DNA from: Orbicella franksi
Taxonomy: Eukaryota
Assembly (NCBI GenBank): GCA_964199315.1
Contig: OZ116699.1
Coordinates: forward strand, 12,214,001 to 12,278,000
DNA: 64,000 bases
Direction of reading: 5' to 3'
Below are positions 37,001-50,645 of the stretch, one piece after another; within the stretch, counting starts at the first letter, position 1, and each line of letters starts with the position of its first letter. The notes beneath the pieces are model-generated. The model saw only the letters and a list, made by a program, of their open reading frames with translations, was not told where the DNA came from and searched no databases. A program made the position numbers and the translations under genes.

Positions 37001-40000
37001 CAATCAGCACAAAATAAACAACACCACTTTAAGAAAGTTTATCTACAAATCTCAACAAACTTTTAAACCATTAAAAGAAATCCCATAATTTTTTCTTTGT
37101 TTGATTAATACACCAATGACTGTATTAATCAAAGTACAGCCTCAGAAATAGTCAATATTTTCAACATATATAAAATCATCACATATATTCGCCATAAATT
37201 GGCTAGTATCAAACAGGACATTCACTTGCCTTAGAGAAGGATCAATATATAAATTAAACTGATTTCCTCAAAGATGGTGCGAATATTATCAGATAAGCCT
37301 GTTTGTTGTCTCACCCACGGGGCTAACAGTGTCTTTTTGAAGTTCAGTTAAATACTTTATCTTTGCTTCAAAAGCGTTGTTTTGCTAATATAATTGTGCC
37401 TGGAAAGGACGGTGTAAGTGGAATAAATCATGAGAGATAACCTGGCCTTTCACACGTAGTAGCTGAAAGCACTGTGCCTTATATGGCCGACACGTTTCTA
37501 TTCAGAAAACAACTATTTATTTCAATATTCAATCATGTCATACACTATGAAAATAAGCGATATTTTTAAAGTTGAACTACGAAAAAAAAAAAAAATTGAA
37601 ACAGGTTAATTTTGAATCGTAAACAAATTACATAACTTTCACCTGGCTGCATAATTGATTGCTTTCCAGAAGTCGTCGCTTAAAACACAAAGACAACCAA
37701 CTGACAAAAATAATGCAGCACCAAAAGAGACTAATTGTGTATCATTTAATGGAAAACAACACAGCTTACATCCTCCTAAAGAAAGGACTTTTCGAGCGCT
37801 TTTCTTTACTTCCTCATATATGATTACCGATATTTTAGCTATTTCCATCTTATCGCTTTTCTCAAATCTGTATGGTTGGATAATCCTTCACTCTAACCTC
37901 CCCCATTAATGGCAGGATATGGCAGTAAAGTATATTCTTCTCTATTTCTTTGTGATTACAATGTTCTTGGAAAGTAATTTATTTGAAGATTACGCCGCTC
38001 AAGTCCCGCTCACTGTCACCAGCATTTCATTGGCCGAGTGAAGGGCTTCATTTCCGAACGTCTTTCCTCAACAAAGGATTTGGAGTACGGCAGTAAATAA
38101 TGAAGATCATTCCACACCTGCTTTCGGATGTTGTCGGCAAATTTATCTCGTTATATATAAAGCGGTTTCTTCTCTTCCATTCCTATCTGTTGTTAAGTGA
38201 ATCTATTCCACTACATTTCCTCTTGCATTGGCAAAAAAAGTGTCTTCCAATTAAATGCAAGAGTTCTCTCCTGAGGCGAATCAGATAGCAAGGTAAACAG
38301 CTCTTAAGTAAAGCACCAACCAATGATAAAACTGTGCTAGCTTTTGGTATATAATGAATGTAACGCGTTCATTTAAAACGTTTGCTTTGACAGTGGAACG
38401 ATCAAAGACTGGTGTTCCTCGCTTTGAAAAGACCTGCTAATTGGGTTTGCTCATCAGCCAGGGTAAGGTACCTACGCGACTTACAGTTGAGGTTAGTCTA
38501 TTAATATTATTTAGTAATATTACTTATTGCGGCGATTTTCGCTATTAAAAATCATAGAACTTTAAACAAAAAAATTGATTATGCGAATCGAGCGCCATGA
38601 TAATGTTATATAATTACTCTCACTCACACCTTGATTTAGTACTAGCATCAAACTGAAACTGCTTCTGAAATATCGCTAATTATACTTCTCCGAATCCAAG
38701 TCATTGGCCACAGGTAAACTATGGGTCTCCATTGTTAGTCTGAACAATATTAAATCATTCAAAGTTTGTATGCTACATCGTCAAGACAATCGACTCCATG
38801 ACGTGTTACGGTCATGTTGAGATAACTGTTGCTGATGTTTGGCATGGTCCAAGGAAAAATTTCTCTTTTCGAATAGTTTTTCCAATTTATTCTCCATTCA
38901 CATATGCAGCAATAAAGAAACAATAAAATTTGCTCTACATATCTTGAAGTCATATGCTAACGGAGTTACCTTTAAAATGTGCTTTTCCACAAGTTAGTGG
39001 TAAACAATTAAAAACAATGAAGCTTTCAATGTTTGCCGCGTAAACCATGAGAATAAAAAAGTATTGATTCTTCAATTAACTCAACACTGAACTTGTCAAT
39101 TTACAGCAAATAATTTAACTTCTTGCTTTACACAGGGATCTTGATTCAGTTATTAGTAAGAACAGGTCGTTTAACGCACCCAAACATCATCAAATTAACT
39201 AGTTCTTCACTTACAAAAAAAAATTGACGAGTTTCCGTCTATGGGAAAAATTATTTCTAACGGGCGGAGTAAAAAATAAATAAATTGTATACTGGCTAGT
39301 TTAGCTCACCAGCACTGAGTGTTTCATTCTTCATTTTCTGGCGGAAAATTATTTAGGTCGTGTCCATAACGATTGCAAGGACAGTGTATAACAAGGAAAT
39401 CGCGAAGTGAACGATAAGTGAATATTTGCAGAAGATGTTTATTTCGGTATTAAATTCAAAATTGATTTTAAAATATGGAATTCATCTCTGTGGGACATCC
39501 GACAACCAAGCAGAAACAATTCACTGCCATATAATTGTGTGAATAATTTAAATCTGACAGATGGTTGACATAATTCAATAAGTTTCACACTGAACCAGAT
39601 TACTTTTGGTAAATGAAGTTTGCGTGATTTTGCAACATCGACAGATTCTGTTTAGGACTGAAAAATTTTTACCAAAAGGGCTGCTTCTGAGGCCTCTGTA
39701 TTATAAATCATACTGTCTGTAATGCAAAAATATGAAGACTGAACAGCTGGCGAAAATAGCGATAACGTATGGCTGCTATCCAATATTTTCTGCCAAGTAA
39801 TCTTGTAGATAATCTCGACTGCCGAGGGACATTTGGTGGTACACTTATTGCCGTCAGTTTGGCTGCCATTCTATTTACTATTAACTGAAGTGACAGTGAA
39901 AACATGTCATTAAAGGACCTATGACGCCATGTACAACATCAGAGAGGTACAGCAAACCGCAAAAAGTAATCTTTACCGTCTGTCTTTAGCCCTTCATAGA

Positions 40001-40469
40001 CCTACTAAAGAAGGAGCATTTGCATTTGCTAAGAGTAGGAGAGTTTTGCAGATTAGTTCAAAAGATCAAAAAAGAGCAGATCTAATAGATTCGGTCTTGA
40101 AGATATCTCAGTTTTTCGACAACTCTGAAATACGCGGTATCATATTTTAATTCTCGTCCTTCCAGCCTTCAAGTTTCCTCGGCCTCGCGTGACTCTTAGG
40201 ACGGGAACCACATCCTTCACAGGAAGTACACACAACCGGGAACGAGATAAATTTTGCTTGCAGCAAAATCTGTCAGACTCATAGCCCGGGGATTTACGGT
40301 CAGCGGTAACCGAACGCCCGACGTTCTTGACAAACTCAAAAAAGTTTATCAACATGCTAGGGAAAGTAACCGCTGGCTAATGCTGGCTCATCTGCCGATT
40401 TCTCTCAGAGCTCTCAATCCTAGATGTTAATGCGCTTGAGCAGACCATTATCTATCACGTATAAGGAGT

Positions 40470-40930
40470 AATGAAAAGAAAGCCTGACACGATTTGAGGC
40501 TTGAACGGGATTTGAACCTATAACCCTATCTGCGACATCGGTGCAGTGCTCTATTGAGCCAACTGGGACCGACTGGTCACGTTGTGAATACGTGACAGAT
40601 GTGCAATTGAATACGAAAAGTATACACAACTGCGCATGAGCAGAATATTATTTTGTAGAGATCCAAGGTTATCACAGTCAGAAATGACTTGTACATGGGC
40701 AGGCCATTATTTATACCACGAAAGATCATTGTACACAACTGTGAAAAGGATAGAAACATTTTAAGCTTGAACGGGACCTCTGTAGTACCTGTGGTTAAAA
40801 TATAGCCTGAATTTTTCCAGGTTTTATTTTCACATCTGTGGCTAAGTTTATTTGCCTTTATAACTACGCGGACTCATTATTCAGTGCATCTTTTCCCCGT
40901 AGTTCAAATTTATGATGTTTCATTATTCAC
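40470..40930 (-). repeat. tRNA-derived interspersed repeat (SINE-like), degenerate
   Basis: On the minus strand there is an A-box TGGCTCAATAG (40561-40551) and a B-box GGTTCAAATCC (40518-40508) at tRNA-like spacing. A second partial unit (AGCTTGAACGGGA) lies near 40770. No intact cloverleaf. Confidence 0.6.
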
Positions 40931-40950
40931 TTGCTAGACTATTGTCTGTT

Positions 40951-41064
40951 ACCCTGGGTGCCAGAGGGTTTATTGTTTTGTTTTCGTGGCGAAGCCGCTA
41001 TTACTGAGCGGCGAAGCCCCGATGCTGGCGATTGCGGCTTCGCCACGTAAACAAAAAACCCCTC
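40951..41064. repeat. GC-rich palindromic MITE fragment
   Basis: GAGGGTTT...TTTCGTGGCGAAGCCGC and GCGGCTTCGCCACGTAAAC...AAACCCCTC form inverted arms. Confidence 0.65.
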
Positions 41065-42108
41065 GTATTTGCAGATCATGGGGCAGGTTCACGGTCGATT
41101 AAAAGGAAGAGAAAATACATGGAATGATGAGACGTAGCCCTGAACAACTTACAATGTTGGCTTATCTCTTTGCATTTAAATTTGTGCATTTAACCTACAG
41201 CTTATGTGAGAGAATGGTTGCAATGATCGAAGAGAAAGTATTTGGAACTACGCTTTCCATTTTACCGCCAGCAGTTTTATCCGTCAAAACGCGGGACCCG
41301 AAAACAGTTGAAAAAACGAGCACCATGTAGAAATAGCCTGGAAATAGACGTCGAAAATGGCTTACGGTCAATAAATACAGCCCTTGTTTCATGTTCATTA
41401 TTTATTGAAGTTTGATTTCATCCCACGCCATTTTTGTCTCTAAACTAAAGAAAATGGCTGCCCCTCCATCACCTGGGCAAAGGGTAAGACCTAAAACGTT
41501 GGTAAGTCTTAATGAGCAATTACGACCACCCCTCCCATCTGTGTTTTGGTTGTGGCTTGAGTTCTTCATCGACTCGAGGGGGCGGGGGGGATTGGTTTTA
41601 TTTCATATAGTTTGACCAAGATTGTCGGAGGTCCACACTGTCTTTGCGAGTTGCTAGGCTATGCAGATCACATTCGAGAGGATGAGCTGAGCTGTTGTCG
41701 CACGTTTATTCAGTCTTTCGCCAGTATTTTATATAGTGTCAGTGATATGACTATTAACAGACTATAGTTTTACCGATCATCGCCTGAGAAATACCATAGA
41801 CAGGTCTTTAGAACTTTGATTAAAGCCGGGTGCTTCGTTCGTTATTCCTTTTCTCAATGGCATGTAATGAATAGCTTTTCGAGCACTAATGTGATTCGTT
41901 ATGATTCTCTCTGCTGCTTTGAAAAGTTGGGTTAGAGTAAAGCCTTTGTTTAGTCGTTATAACCGGAAATACGCTATTTGTTATCAGCGCTACCACCAAG
42001 CTCTGAAGTGACAGAGGCCAATTCCTTGTGTCTCCGATAAATGCGTTGACAAATGAGCTCATAATTTCAGGCTCCCTTCGTTTTGTCACATTGAAACCTT
42101 ATAAACAC

Positions 42109-42264
42109 AATCTTGGTCAATTTAAATGAAAAATTAAGCCCCCCACCCCACCCCTCCCCTAATTCCAATGATGGCAAAAATGGCGCGTTTTGGTTTTAGC
42201 GCCAGTTCATCGTTGATTCTGGAGAAGGGGTGCTTTTATTTCTTATTTTACTCTGACTAAGATT
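42109..42264. repeat. Short MITE family, copy 1 (related copies at ~41500-41623 and 49176-49358)
   Basis: Termini are AATCTTGGTCAA...CTGACTAAGATT with internal C-rich and G-rich arms. The same termini occur at 41623 (TTTGACCAAGATT) and 49176 (AACCTTGGTCAAAAT). Confidence 0.6.
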
Positions 42265-45200
42265 ATGGTTACTAAGTGAGCGAAATACCTGACCCCTGAC
42301 GATGTGTTCCTACCTCTGTTCGTTAACGATAAACAAGGTGAAACGGCAAGGTCTTTTCAATCAAATCAAAACAAGAATACTTTGGACCTTCTGAGCAATA
42401 TAATAACAAAGCTTAAAGTTCATCCTTTTTAATGTTTACAAATGTATTTTATCTTTGTACACCGATTTCTCTATTGAACTTAAAACAGGACGATCCACTT
42501 TTGTTAACACAGTTAGTAGTGAAATGAAACACGAATCATTTCATTGCGATGGCTGTATCAAAAAGATTATGTTCTGAATTCGATAACTTCGAACTTTACA
42601 TACCAAACTGTCAAATCAAACGAACTAGTTGCTCATTTTAGCCTCTGTTATTTAACAATCATTTGGTTGTAAAATAACAATTTGCTCTGCAAAATTAGGG
42701 TCAAATGTTTATCATCTCAGCATTCCATTTAGGATAGAATTGAATTACCCTTGCTTATCTATAGAAACATCCTTTTCCTCGCTGTAATCGAAGAGCAGGA
42801 AACACGCCAGGATATTTTCTTTAAACGAGAAACTCGCCATAGTCCAAGGCTGTTGAACTAAGGTAGAGTTATGTTTATTTACTTTTCTAGATTGATCTTG
42901 TACGGGGACATGTTTTATGAAACAGCTTATGTACCAGTCATGGACTGGGTTGGGTAATACAAGCCTACTTTCCTAATTGACCATTAATTTTATCGTTTTG
43001 CTTGTTTGTCACGATAACGTGTGTTCCCAGGCTGTTCTCAAAAGCGTTTATAAAAAAAATTATATTCGAGACTTACTTACCTGTATTGCTAAATATCTCT
43101 TCGTTCAGTAAAACATGTCAACTCTACAGAATGGTAGAATTCAATCGTCTCTGAGACCCGCACTATATAGAAGCTTTGTTGTATAACATGTCTACGTTGA
43201 TCAGAAATTAGGCTACAACGTCTTTGGAAACGACGCTGTGAATTTTAAATAACTGTAGGTTACATTTGAGAAAAAATACTAAGATTAGTTACCACATGAA
43301 CTTAGTGGTCTCGAAGTAAACGAGCAAAGGGGATTTCGGTATGGTGGTGAAGATCAGAATACTGTGTTATGATTACCAGCTTAGTGCATTCGCACTGTGC
43401 ACCGTGTTGTACTGTCTTGAACATAGAAATGTAATTTCAGCAACAGCTGATTTGATCCTTTTTCCCCGCACACGTGCACAGCTCACTCTACAAGTCGTAC
43501 GTGAAGAGCTGTTATTCCTATCTCAAGTGAATCTGTTTAGTTTAAAAGCCAGTAGTACTTAACCGGGAAAATTTATTTTTATCGGCACTGTACATTTCGT
43601 GATGTAACGTCGCACGTACATAATCGTGTTTTAAAGCTGTAAAACTGTTAATTAATTCCATTTCTCGACACCATTTTGGTGGGCAAGAGATACTGAATCA
43701 AACTGTTTAAAGAACAGCTGTTTGCGATTGCAAGGTCGACATGGCCGGACAAATGTGGAAAACTTTTGCCGGATCAATCCACAAACATTGTGGCCTGACC
43801 CTTGATAGCGTGCTTCAAATATCTCCATGGTACTGAACAATCCGGTCTACTTTTACACCGATAAACGGTTGGAGACTCCATCGATAAAAGATCAGGTTAT
43901 CAGTCTACGAGCGAAGAAAAGTTAATTAAAAACACTCGATTAATTGGATCACATGCAATTGTCATAAGTTATATCTCTAAACCAACATTTAATATACTTA
44001 ACCAATTCTAATTACAAAGCTGCAAGGGTCCTGAAAAGTCGATATCAGTGGTTATTAAGATAATCTTTCGTGATTAGTCACACCAAAATAAAACATCAAC
44101 ATCTTGCTTATTGAATTCTTGCCAGAAAAATTCCAATCAGCCAAAAGAACTCGAGTAACCATGACGGGCTGAAAAAGGTAACGTCTTATTAATGTTGGCA
44201 AACTGTTTAAAGAAAAACAAAAAGAACTACAGCCAGTAAATCTTCTCAATGTGTTTTACACGTCAACATTCTATTTGCAACTACCGGTTAAAAAGCGCCG
44301 GAGATTAGAATATCTTAAATATGACGATTTAATCAAGTTTCCTTTCCGAAAGGTTTCCATGACTGCCCGACAATTTTTTTTCAAAAACAACTCGACCTTA
44401 AGAAGGGAAAATACCGCACCGTCATTAGTTTCACATCCATCCTGGCCTCACAGCAGTAAACGAGTATCAATTCGTTGTAAAACAAGGATTTGTAGTTTTT
44501 TCAGTGTCGGGTGAATGGTGACTGGAGGCCTAACCTAGCCTTTGATGCTTATCTCCCTCGTGCGACATCTTTCTGTCCAAGTGTGAAACAAGGAATGACT
44601 TGATGATATGTTAAAATTATCAAGGTAGAAAAAGACGCCGTTATCTCATTTGTAGTCGGTACATATATAGTCTTTATCTTGGTTTGTACATGAAATCAGT
44701 GCTTCAGAGACGGAGTCCGCTAAAACAGATATCGGCACGAAGGTCTAGGAAGATACTTGATCAAAATCACATGGCACGCTAAGTAGAATCAAGTGATTTT
44801 CCTGTAGAGTGATGGAGTTTGCAGAATTTGATTTTTGAATAGATACCTGTGTGTTGGACCAGATGTTAAGGACATAACATGGGGCGAGGTAAGACGAACT
44901 TCCGTTTGTATCAGCACGATGTTGACGACATAGTTGTTTATAGTATTTTCGCTACTGACCCATTCACGGCAAATAATAAAATTGCATGCACTGTAAGGTA
45001 ACGCGAGCAAGGACACAACTACCTCCTAAAAGCGATTAAAATCAATTCGCTTCAGCCACGCGTTTAACATAACGGCCGCGAATCGTTTTTCCGTCTGTTC
45101 GTAGACGGTGAAAAGTCCTTTCATAGGAAATTGAATGGAATAATCGGTAGAAACTAAAAAAAAAAAAAAAACATTAGACAACGGAAAGGATAAGTATAAC

Positions 45201-48129
45201 TGAACTGAAAGAAGCGGCAATAACATCAAAGACAAAATAAGAAAAATTGCTGAAAAAATATTCAGAAAATCAAGGAGGGAATGTAGATATAACTAGTCTA
45301 AACAAGTTCTTGTACATCTCGTCATAAGGAAGAAAATATTCGATCGTACTATTTCACCATTTTTTTTTTACCAAAACCATTTATTTGATATTCGATGTGA
45401 CTTGGACAAAATAAAATGAACCGGTAACAGTGATGAAAAGAGATCTCTAAAGACCTATAAAATACCGACTTTGACAGTTTTATCTCAAGTTTACCACACG
45501 GATCAGATGACTCAGTAAACTCTTCAGTTTTGTAGAAGCACAAAACAACACGATAAACTAGAGAGTACAAATCACCTGGTAATAAATATCTGAGATAATC
45601 GCTTTAGGGTATGGGACAAGAAAAACAAGATTAAATAGCTTTTTTTCTCGTTTTGCCACGAGCTGTTAGGAAATTACTTTTCTGTTTTCATTTGCTGTAA
45701 GTTGTCATCATTAAGAATAAGAGCGGTTCTTTGTATTAGCCGAGGTTTCGTACCTACTGTTTTAAACTTTAAATTTAGATAAAACGCCAGCAAAAATGAT
45801 TTTATTTCATTTCATCGCATTTTGTAACATGGCATGAAGGCGTCTTTATCTTACTATTGAAAGATCTAAGATCAGTTTTGCACAGTTACAATAAGCGTAA
45901 ATGGTCATTATTAATAGTGTTTACGGTTACAGGACTGTCTGCTTAAAAAGTTGTTGTTAATATTCCTTTCAGACATATTTCCGGCAAATCAATTTCTGCA
46001 GTGTATTTCTATTCATCTTACCGAAAGATAATTTTCGAAACCGAATTTTTCTTTTCTAAAGTTTACTGACATCAATTTGAGCAAATGTGTTTTACGACTG
46101 CAACATTAAAAAAACAAGCTTCAGGCTTCTAGTAAAATATCCGTGAGTCAAAAAATCAGCTAAAGAGAGTTGATTTTATAAGTGTACAAAGAGAAGTATA
46201 GATTTAGCACTTCCAAATTTTACTTCCGTCTCAATTAAAAGATCTTTATAGTTATCCTCCATCAAAATTGCTTTTTTAAAAAGTCTGCAAGCGAATCTTT
46301 ACTGCTTGTAATTTACAGATTAAGATCGATTAAACTAACTTATTGGATAACTCATTTATATTTTTGCCTTATTTACAATGAGTCACATCCAGCCTGGACA
46401 TTAATCTTGACGATTGTCGAAGATTGTTCACACCGTGTTTTGTGGGTAAACACAAGCTGTAAGGATGTCAAGTTTTTTACTTGCTCAGTGAACATACACA
46501 GGTTTTAAAATCAAAGGAAATCTTTTTTTGAGACAGCTTACGAAGATCTTAAAAGTGCCCTTCCTGCAGTTTTCATGGGTGTATTTGCTGTTTTGTGATA
46601 TAGAAAACTGTGAAATTCCTAAAGTTCGTTATTGAAATTATTTGTATAGTGAAACTCCCGCGGCGAAAGAGTCATTTCATATTAGCGAAGCAAATTCTAC
46701 CGAAAATTGATTGAAACACAATAAGCAAGCAGCAGTTGGTAGGGCTGTGACCCCGCGGGGAGTAAGCCAGCCTTCATTTTATCCAACATCTGACGCGGAA
46801 TTTAAAGCCAAAACATCCTCACCGATATACCATTTGAATAAAACAATCAAAAAAAAAAAATCGAAGCGAAGTGACGCATAGAGCAGACGAACTCAATGCA
46901 GCTATGCGGTGAACCTCTTGTTATATGGCAGGAGCCGAAGACGCTGAATCTTGATATGCCCATTCCGTGAAAAGACTGAAGAGTAGAAACGTACAGACTG
47001 CACTCGATAAAAGAAACGCTATGGTACGACTTCTTATCATTCTAAGCTTTCTACTAATTGTTTGTTTTAAATCTTAGAGTACTGGGAAGGAAATCTGGTG
47101 AGAGCGCTTAAATTAGCCGATGCAGAAAACGATGACGATGTTCAGTTTCGAGATATACATTGTTCAGTTTCAAGATATAATTCCATATCTCACAAATGTT
47201 GCTTATCTCAGTGTTTTTCAAATAACTTTATGTCAATCTTAACCATTTAAGATCTGAGGCATAAAGATATTATGAAGAGTCAAAAGAAACGGGACCGGCA
47301 TAATTCTGTCTGTAAACATTTAGAAGAGAGTTAATCAGTCGACTTGCAGAAAGTTTGAATAAAGGAAGCAATTAACATGCGGAGACAAGTTAATGTGTAT
47401 CCTTCACACTCATGTAGGTTGTTAGCAAGCATTCAATTTCAACCAATGGCTTAGCGATTCTTGCTAGTTTGTTTGACAATCACATGGAAATAATTCGGAA
47501 TTTAAAGTGAGGAGTACAATTTTTATAGTCGCTTTTACACATATTAATAATTAAATATATAACCTTGACTCAGAAATAGGAGTTCTTAATTTACAGATTG
47601 AACGAGGCCAGCGACGGAAATAACAAGCCAGTTAATAACAACTCAAGTGAGGAGTGAGTGAAAATGATTTTTGTATGCTTAAAATTTTTTCAGTGCCACA
47701 AAGCGATAAACCTTTGTTTAAAATATGATTAACAGTTGCTTATGCGCTAAGTGTGTTTTAGGCCAAGTTTTCTTGTGAATTACAATACAAACACTTCTCT
47801 GTATTCATAGTCATATTGTATTCGCTTTCCTTGTTTTTCAGTTCTCCAGCTGCTTATCATTTTTGCCATTGCAAACATAAGTTTTGCCACAACAAAACCA
47901 AAACATTTTTGTTTTAAACTCATATTCTGGTTCTTAATTACAATGTAACTAATTGTGGTCCATTAATTTAGACTGACAAGCACTTCAAATTGATATTCCG
48001 CACTCTTCAGTACCTCGCTTATATTAACCATACATGCAAGCAGTGCCTGAAGCCGTTTCAAAAGTATAAAATTCCAGAGTTGTTAGTAAATCTCGAGATT
48101 AAAGTCGGTAGAGAACCATCATCCAGGCT

Positions 48130-48254
48130 GCTGATAAAGGTAAATAAGCGTCGTTCTCAGCCGTTTCGGGTGTTCGTTTACGAAGGGCTAACGCTCCTTG
48201 AAACATCAGCCTCACAAACTCACTCGGGCCCGCGGTTAATTTACCTTGATCAGC
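48130..48254 (+). repeat. Penelope-like terminal-repeat relic with decayed hammerhead core
   Basis: TTTACGAAGGGCTAACGCTCCTTGAAACATCAGC resembles the CTGACGA-AGGGCTAACGCTC-GAAACGTC pattern. It is bracketed by a 16-bp inverted repeat (48130-48145 / 48239-48254, one mismatch). Confidence 0.45.
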
Positions 48255-49175
48255 TTCAACTTGATAAATAACTACGTTTTTTATCGCCGACGAAACCTAG
48301 CAGTTTCCTTAGAAACTAATAACTTTGTTCATCACCAAACTTTGGGCTGTCCAGAAGTTGTTCGGCAACTTTTGGCAACTACTCACATTTCGCCGGAGCA
48401 ACGTTTTTGCTTTCAGGTAACTTTATGATTTCTAAGCGATTTCTACCTATTTCTAGAAAGCGGAGGACTTTTTTATGTTCAAATTGATCTTAAAGCACGT
48501 TTCACAAATCACAATGCTTACAGGTATTGGAAACGTCGTCAATTTCCAAAGCTTGGGCTGGAGTTGTTTCACAGCCGTTTGGTATGCCTGTGGTTTAAGC
48601 TGCCAAGTAAACTACATAAGTCACAGGCAGCGGTTATTTAATTTCCAAAATGGCGGACGATGAAAGAGTGATTTATAGTTCATGCTCAAGTGACTCAGAC
48701 GAAAGAAAAGAAAGTTCTTCAAATTCTTTGACGGAGGCAGTTGCCATGTTCCCCTATAATATATATGTTCGTTTAAGGTAAGAACAGTTATTTATCAACT
48801 CCGGTTGCAGTAAAACTACATGGAGATGCTTTAAAAACCAAATGCCATCTGCATATGTGCAACCCGAAGATTGTGGTCGTAAAACAGTTTTGGTCTGAAA
48901 ATTGGTTTGGTTCTTGGTAATTTCAATAGCGTATAAACAGAATTTTATCTTTCTGGGGCCGGCTCCTTTTCACTTTCAAACAAAAAAGACAACCAGACAG
49001 ATGACTAAAAATACGATATTAAGCGAGATTTTCTACTTGAGAAAGACAAACAGCCAGGTCTCAAAATAGTTTTGGTTAATGACCAAGTTAGTTTGATAAT
49101 GGTTAAGATTTGAAACACGTGGTGGCATAAAAGCCCAAGCTGCTACCAACTTACCGAACGCCTGGGACAGGCTAC

Positions 49176-49358
49176 AACCTTGGTCAAAATAAAATGAGAA
49201 ATACAATCAAACCTTCCCCGCCCCCCCCCCCCGTCCCCCACCACCACCACCCTCTCGAATCAATAATGAGCTCGCGCAAAAACCATTTTTTCTATCATTG
49301 AAATAGGGGGGGGGGGAGGACGGGTGGTCTTAATTTTTTATTGAAACTGACAAAAATT
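49176..49358. repeat. Short MITE family, copy 2
   Basis: AACCTTGGTCAAAATAAAATG-Cn ... Gn-TCTTAATTTTTTATTGAAACTGACAAAAATT, similar to 42109-42264. Confidence 0.55.
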
Positions 49359-50469
49359 GAATCTTTGTCAGAATGAAATAAGAAATAAAACCACCCCTCC
49401 TGATGAATTCGCCCTACAACCAAAATGCAACCATCATAGATCATTGGAATGGGTATGAGTATGGCTGATGTATGTTGATAGTAGATTTTTCACCGTCATG
49501 ATATCTTAATTTGGCACCATATTAAATTGCTTCTGTACTCATATCAGTTTCGATTTATCTTACCACCGAGCACCACAACGTACTGTGAGAGTAACAGCAC
49601 ACGACCCAAGAATCCAGACAACGTTTGTATTAATCGTCAGCATATTCATTCTTGATTGTCATATCCATTAAGAACACTAAAATTAATTTTTGATTTCCAA
49701 TTTCAATTTCACACAATCAACATTTCGAAAATGTTGCCTGGATGATAATGATGATGATGATGAACATGATATTAAGTCTCTAACAAGGAAGTGTCTACCA
49801 AACAAAGTTCATAAGAATACTTATGGACTTCCGGGCGTCAAAATTAAGAAGACAGCTCACAGAATTCTTCTTTAGACCAGAAAATTAGAAGCCCTCTAGC
49901 CCTCGGTCGTTTTATTCACAGTGAAAACGTTTTCTTGAAGGACTTACAAGATAGTTCCTGAAGATAAAATGAGCTTAATTTAAATTTTAAATTCCTCTGT
50001 AATTCACTAACAGAATTTCTTCAATGCTTTCCACAAAAGCAATACTCCTAAGCCACTTGATTGACAATTCACAAGCCTTAACTTTCACGATCGTAGCACA
50101 ATCGTTAGTATTTTGCTTTTCTCACTCGTCAATCTGTATTTTTTACCTTTTGTTCTACATACCCCAGCTTCTAGCCCACTGCCGAGCCATAGACTACAAT
50201 TTGTCTCGTAAAAGCAAATTAATGACGAATTCTTAATAAAAGTACTATTTGACCTGAAGGAAAATCCCCCATCGCTATCGCTTCGGTCGTATGCCAGCAT
50301 GACCCTTATTTATTTAGCTGTGGTTACTCGAACAGAATGTTGTTGTTTTTGCTGTCTTGCGGCAGGTGTTGTTTTACTGCTGTCGTTGTTGCCTTTTGAT
50401 TGACATCAGCGTGAAGCATTTCGACTTATTGCCACTGTAAATGTCTTACGTGAACAATTATTAGGTCGC

Positions 50470-50645
50470 ATTCGCCATTTCAACATCCCCCATAATACAC
50501 CTTGTTTGCCCCCAAAATTCTGCATAACCTTTGTTTCCCATTTCTCCTGGGTATTAAAGTCGTCCCAAAAGAAACTGAAGACAATGCTTATGCAAAATTT
50601 TGGGGGTCAAGCAAGGTGTATTATGGGGATGTGGAAATGGCGAAT
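50470..50645. mobile_element. Palindromic MITE (~58-bp arms)
   Basis: ATTCGCCATTTCAACATCCCCCATAATACACCTTG...GCATAA and TTATGC...CAAGGTGTATTATGGGGATGTGGAAATGGCGAAT. Confidence 0.85.

Noticed and set aside
40160-40174. 15-nt match (TTCCAGCCTTCAAGT) to the GPCR1 acceptor region, suggesting a third paralogue
   Set aside because: No GPCR-like sequence follows in any frame, and a 15-mer match is expected by chance in 64 kb.
40500-40570. Functional tRNA gene
   Set aside because: A and B boxes are present, but there is no consistent acceptor or anticodon stem, and it is embedded in a longer repeat.
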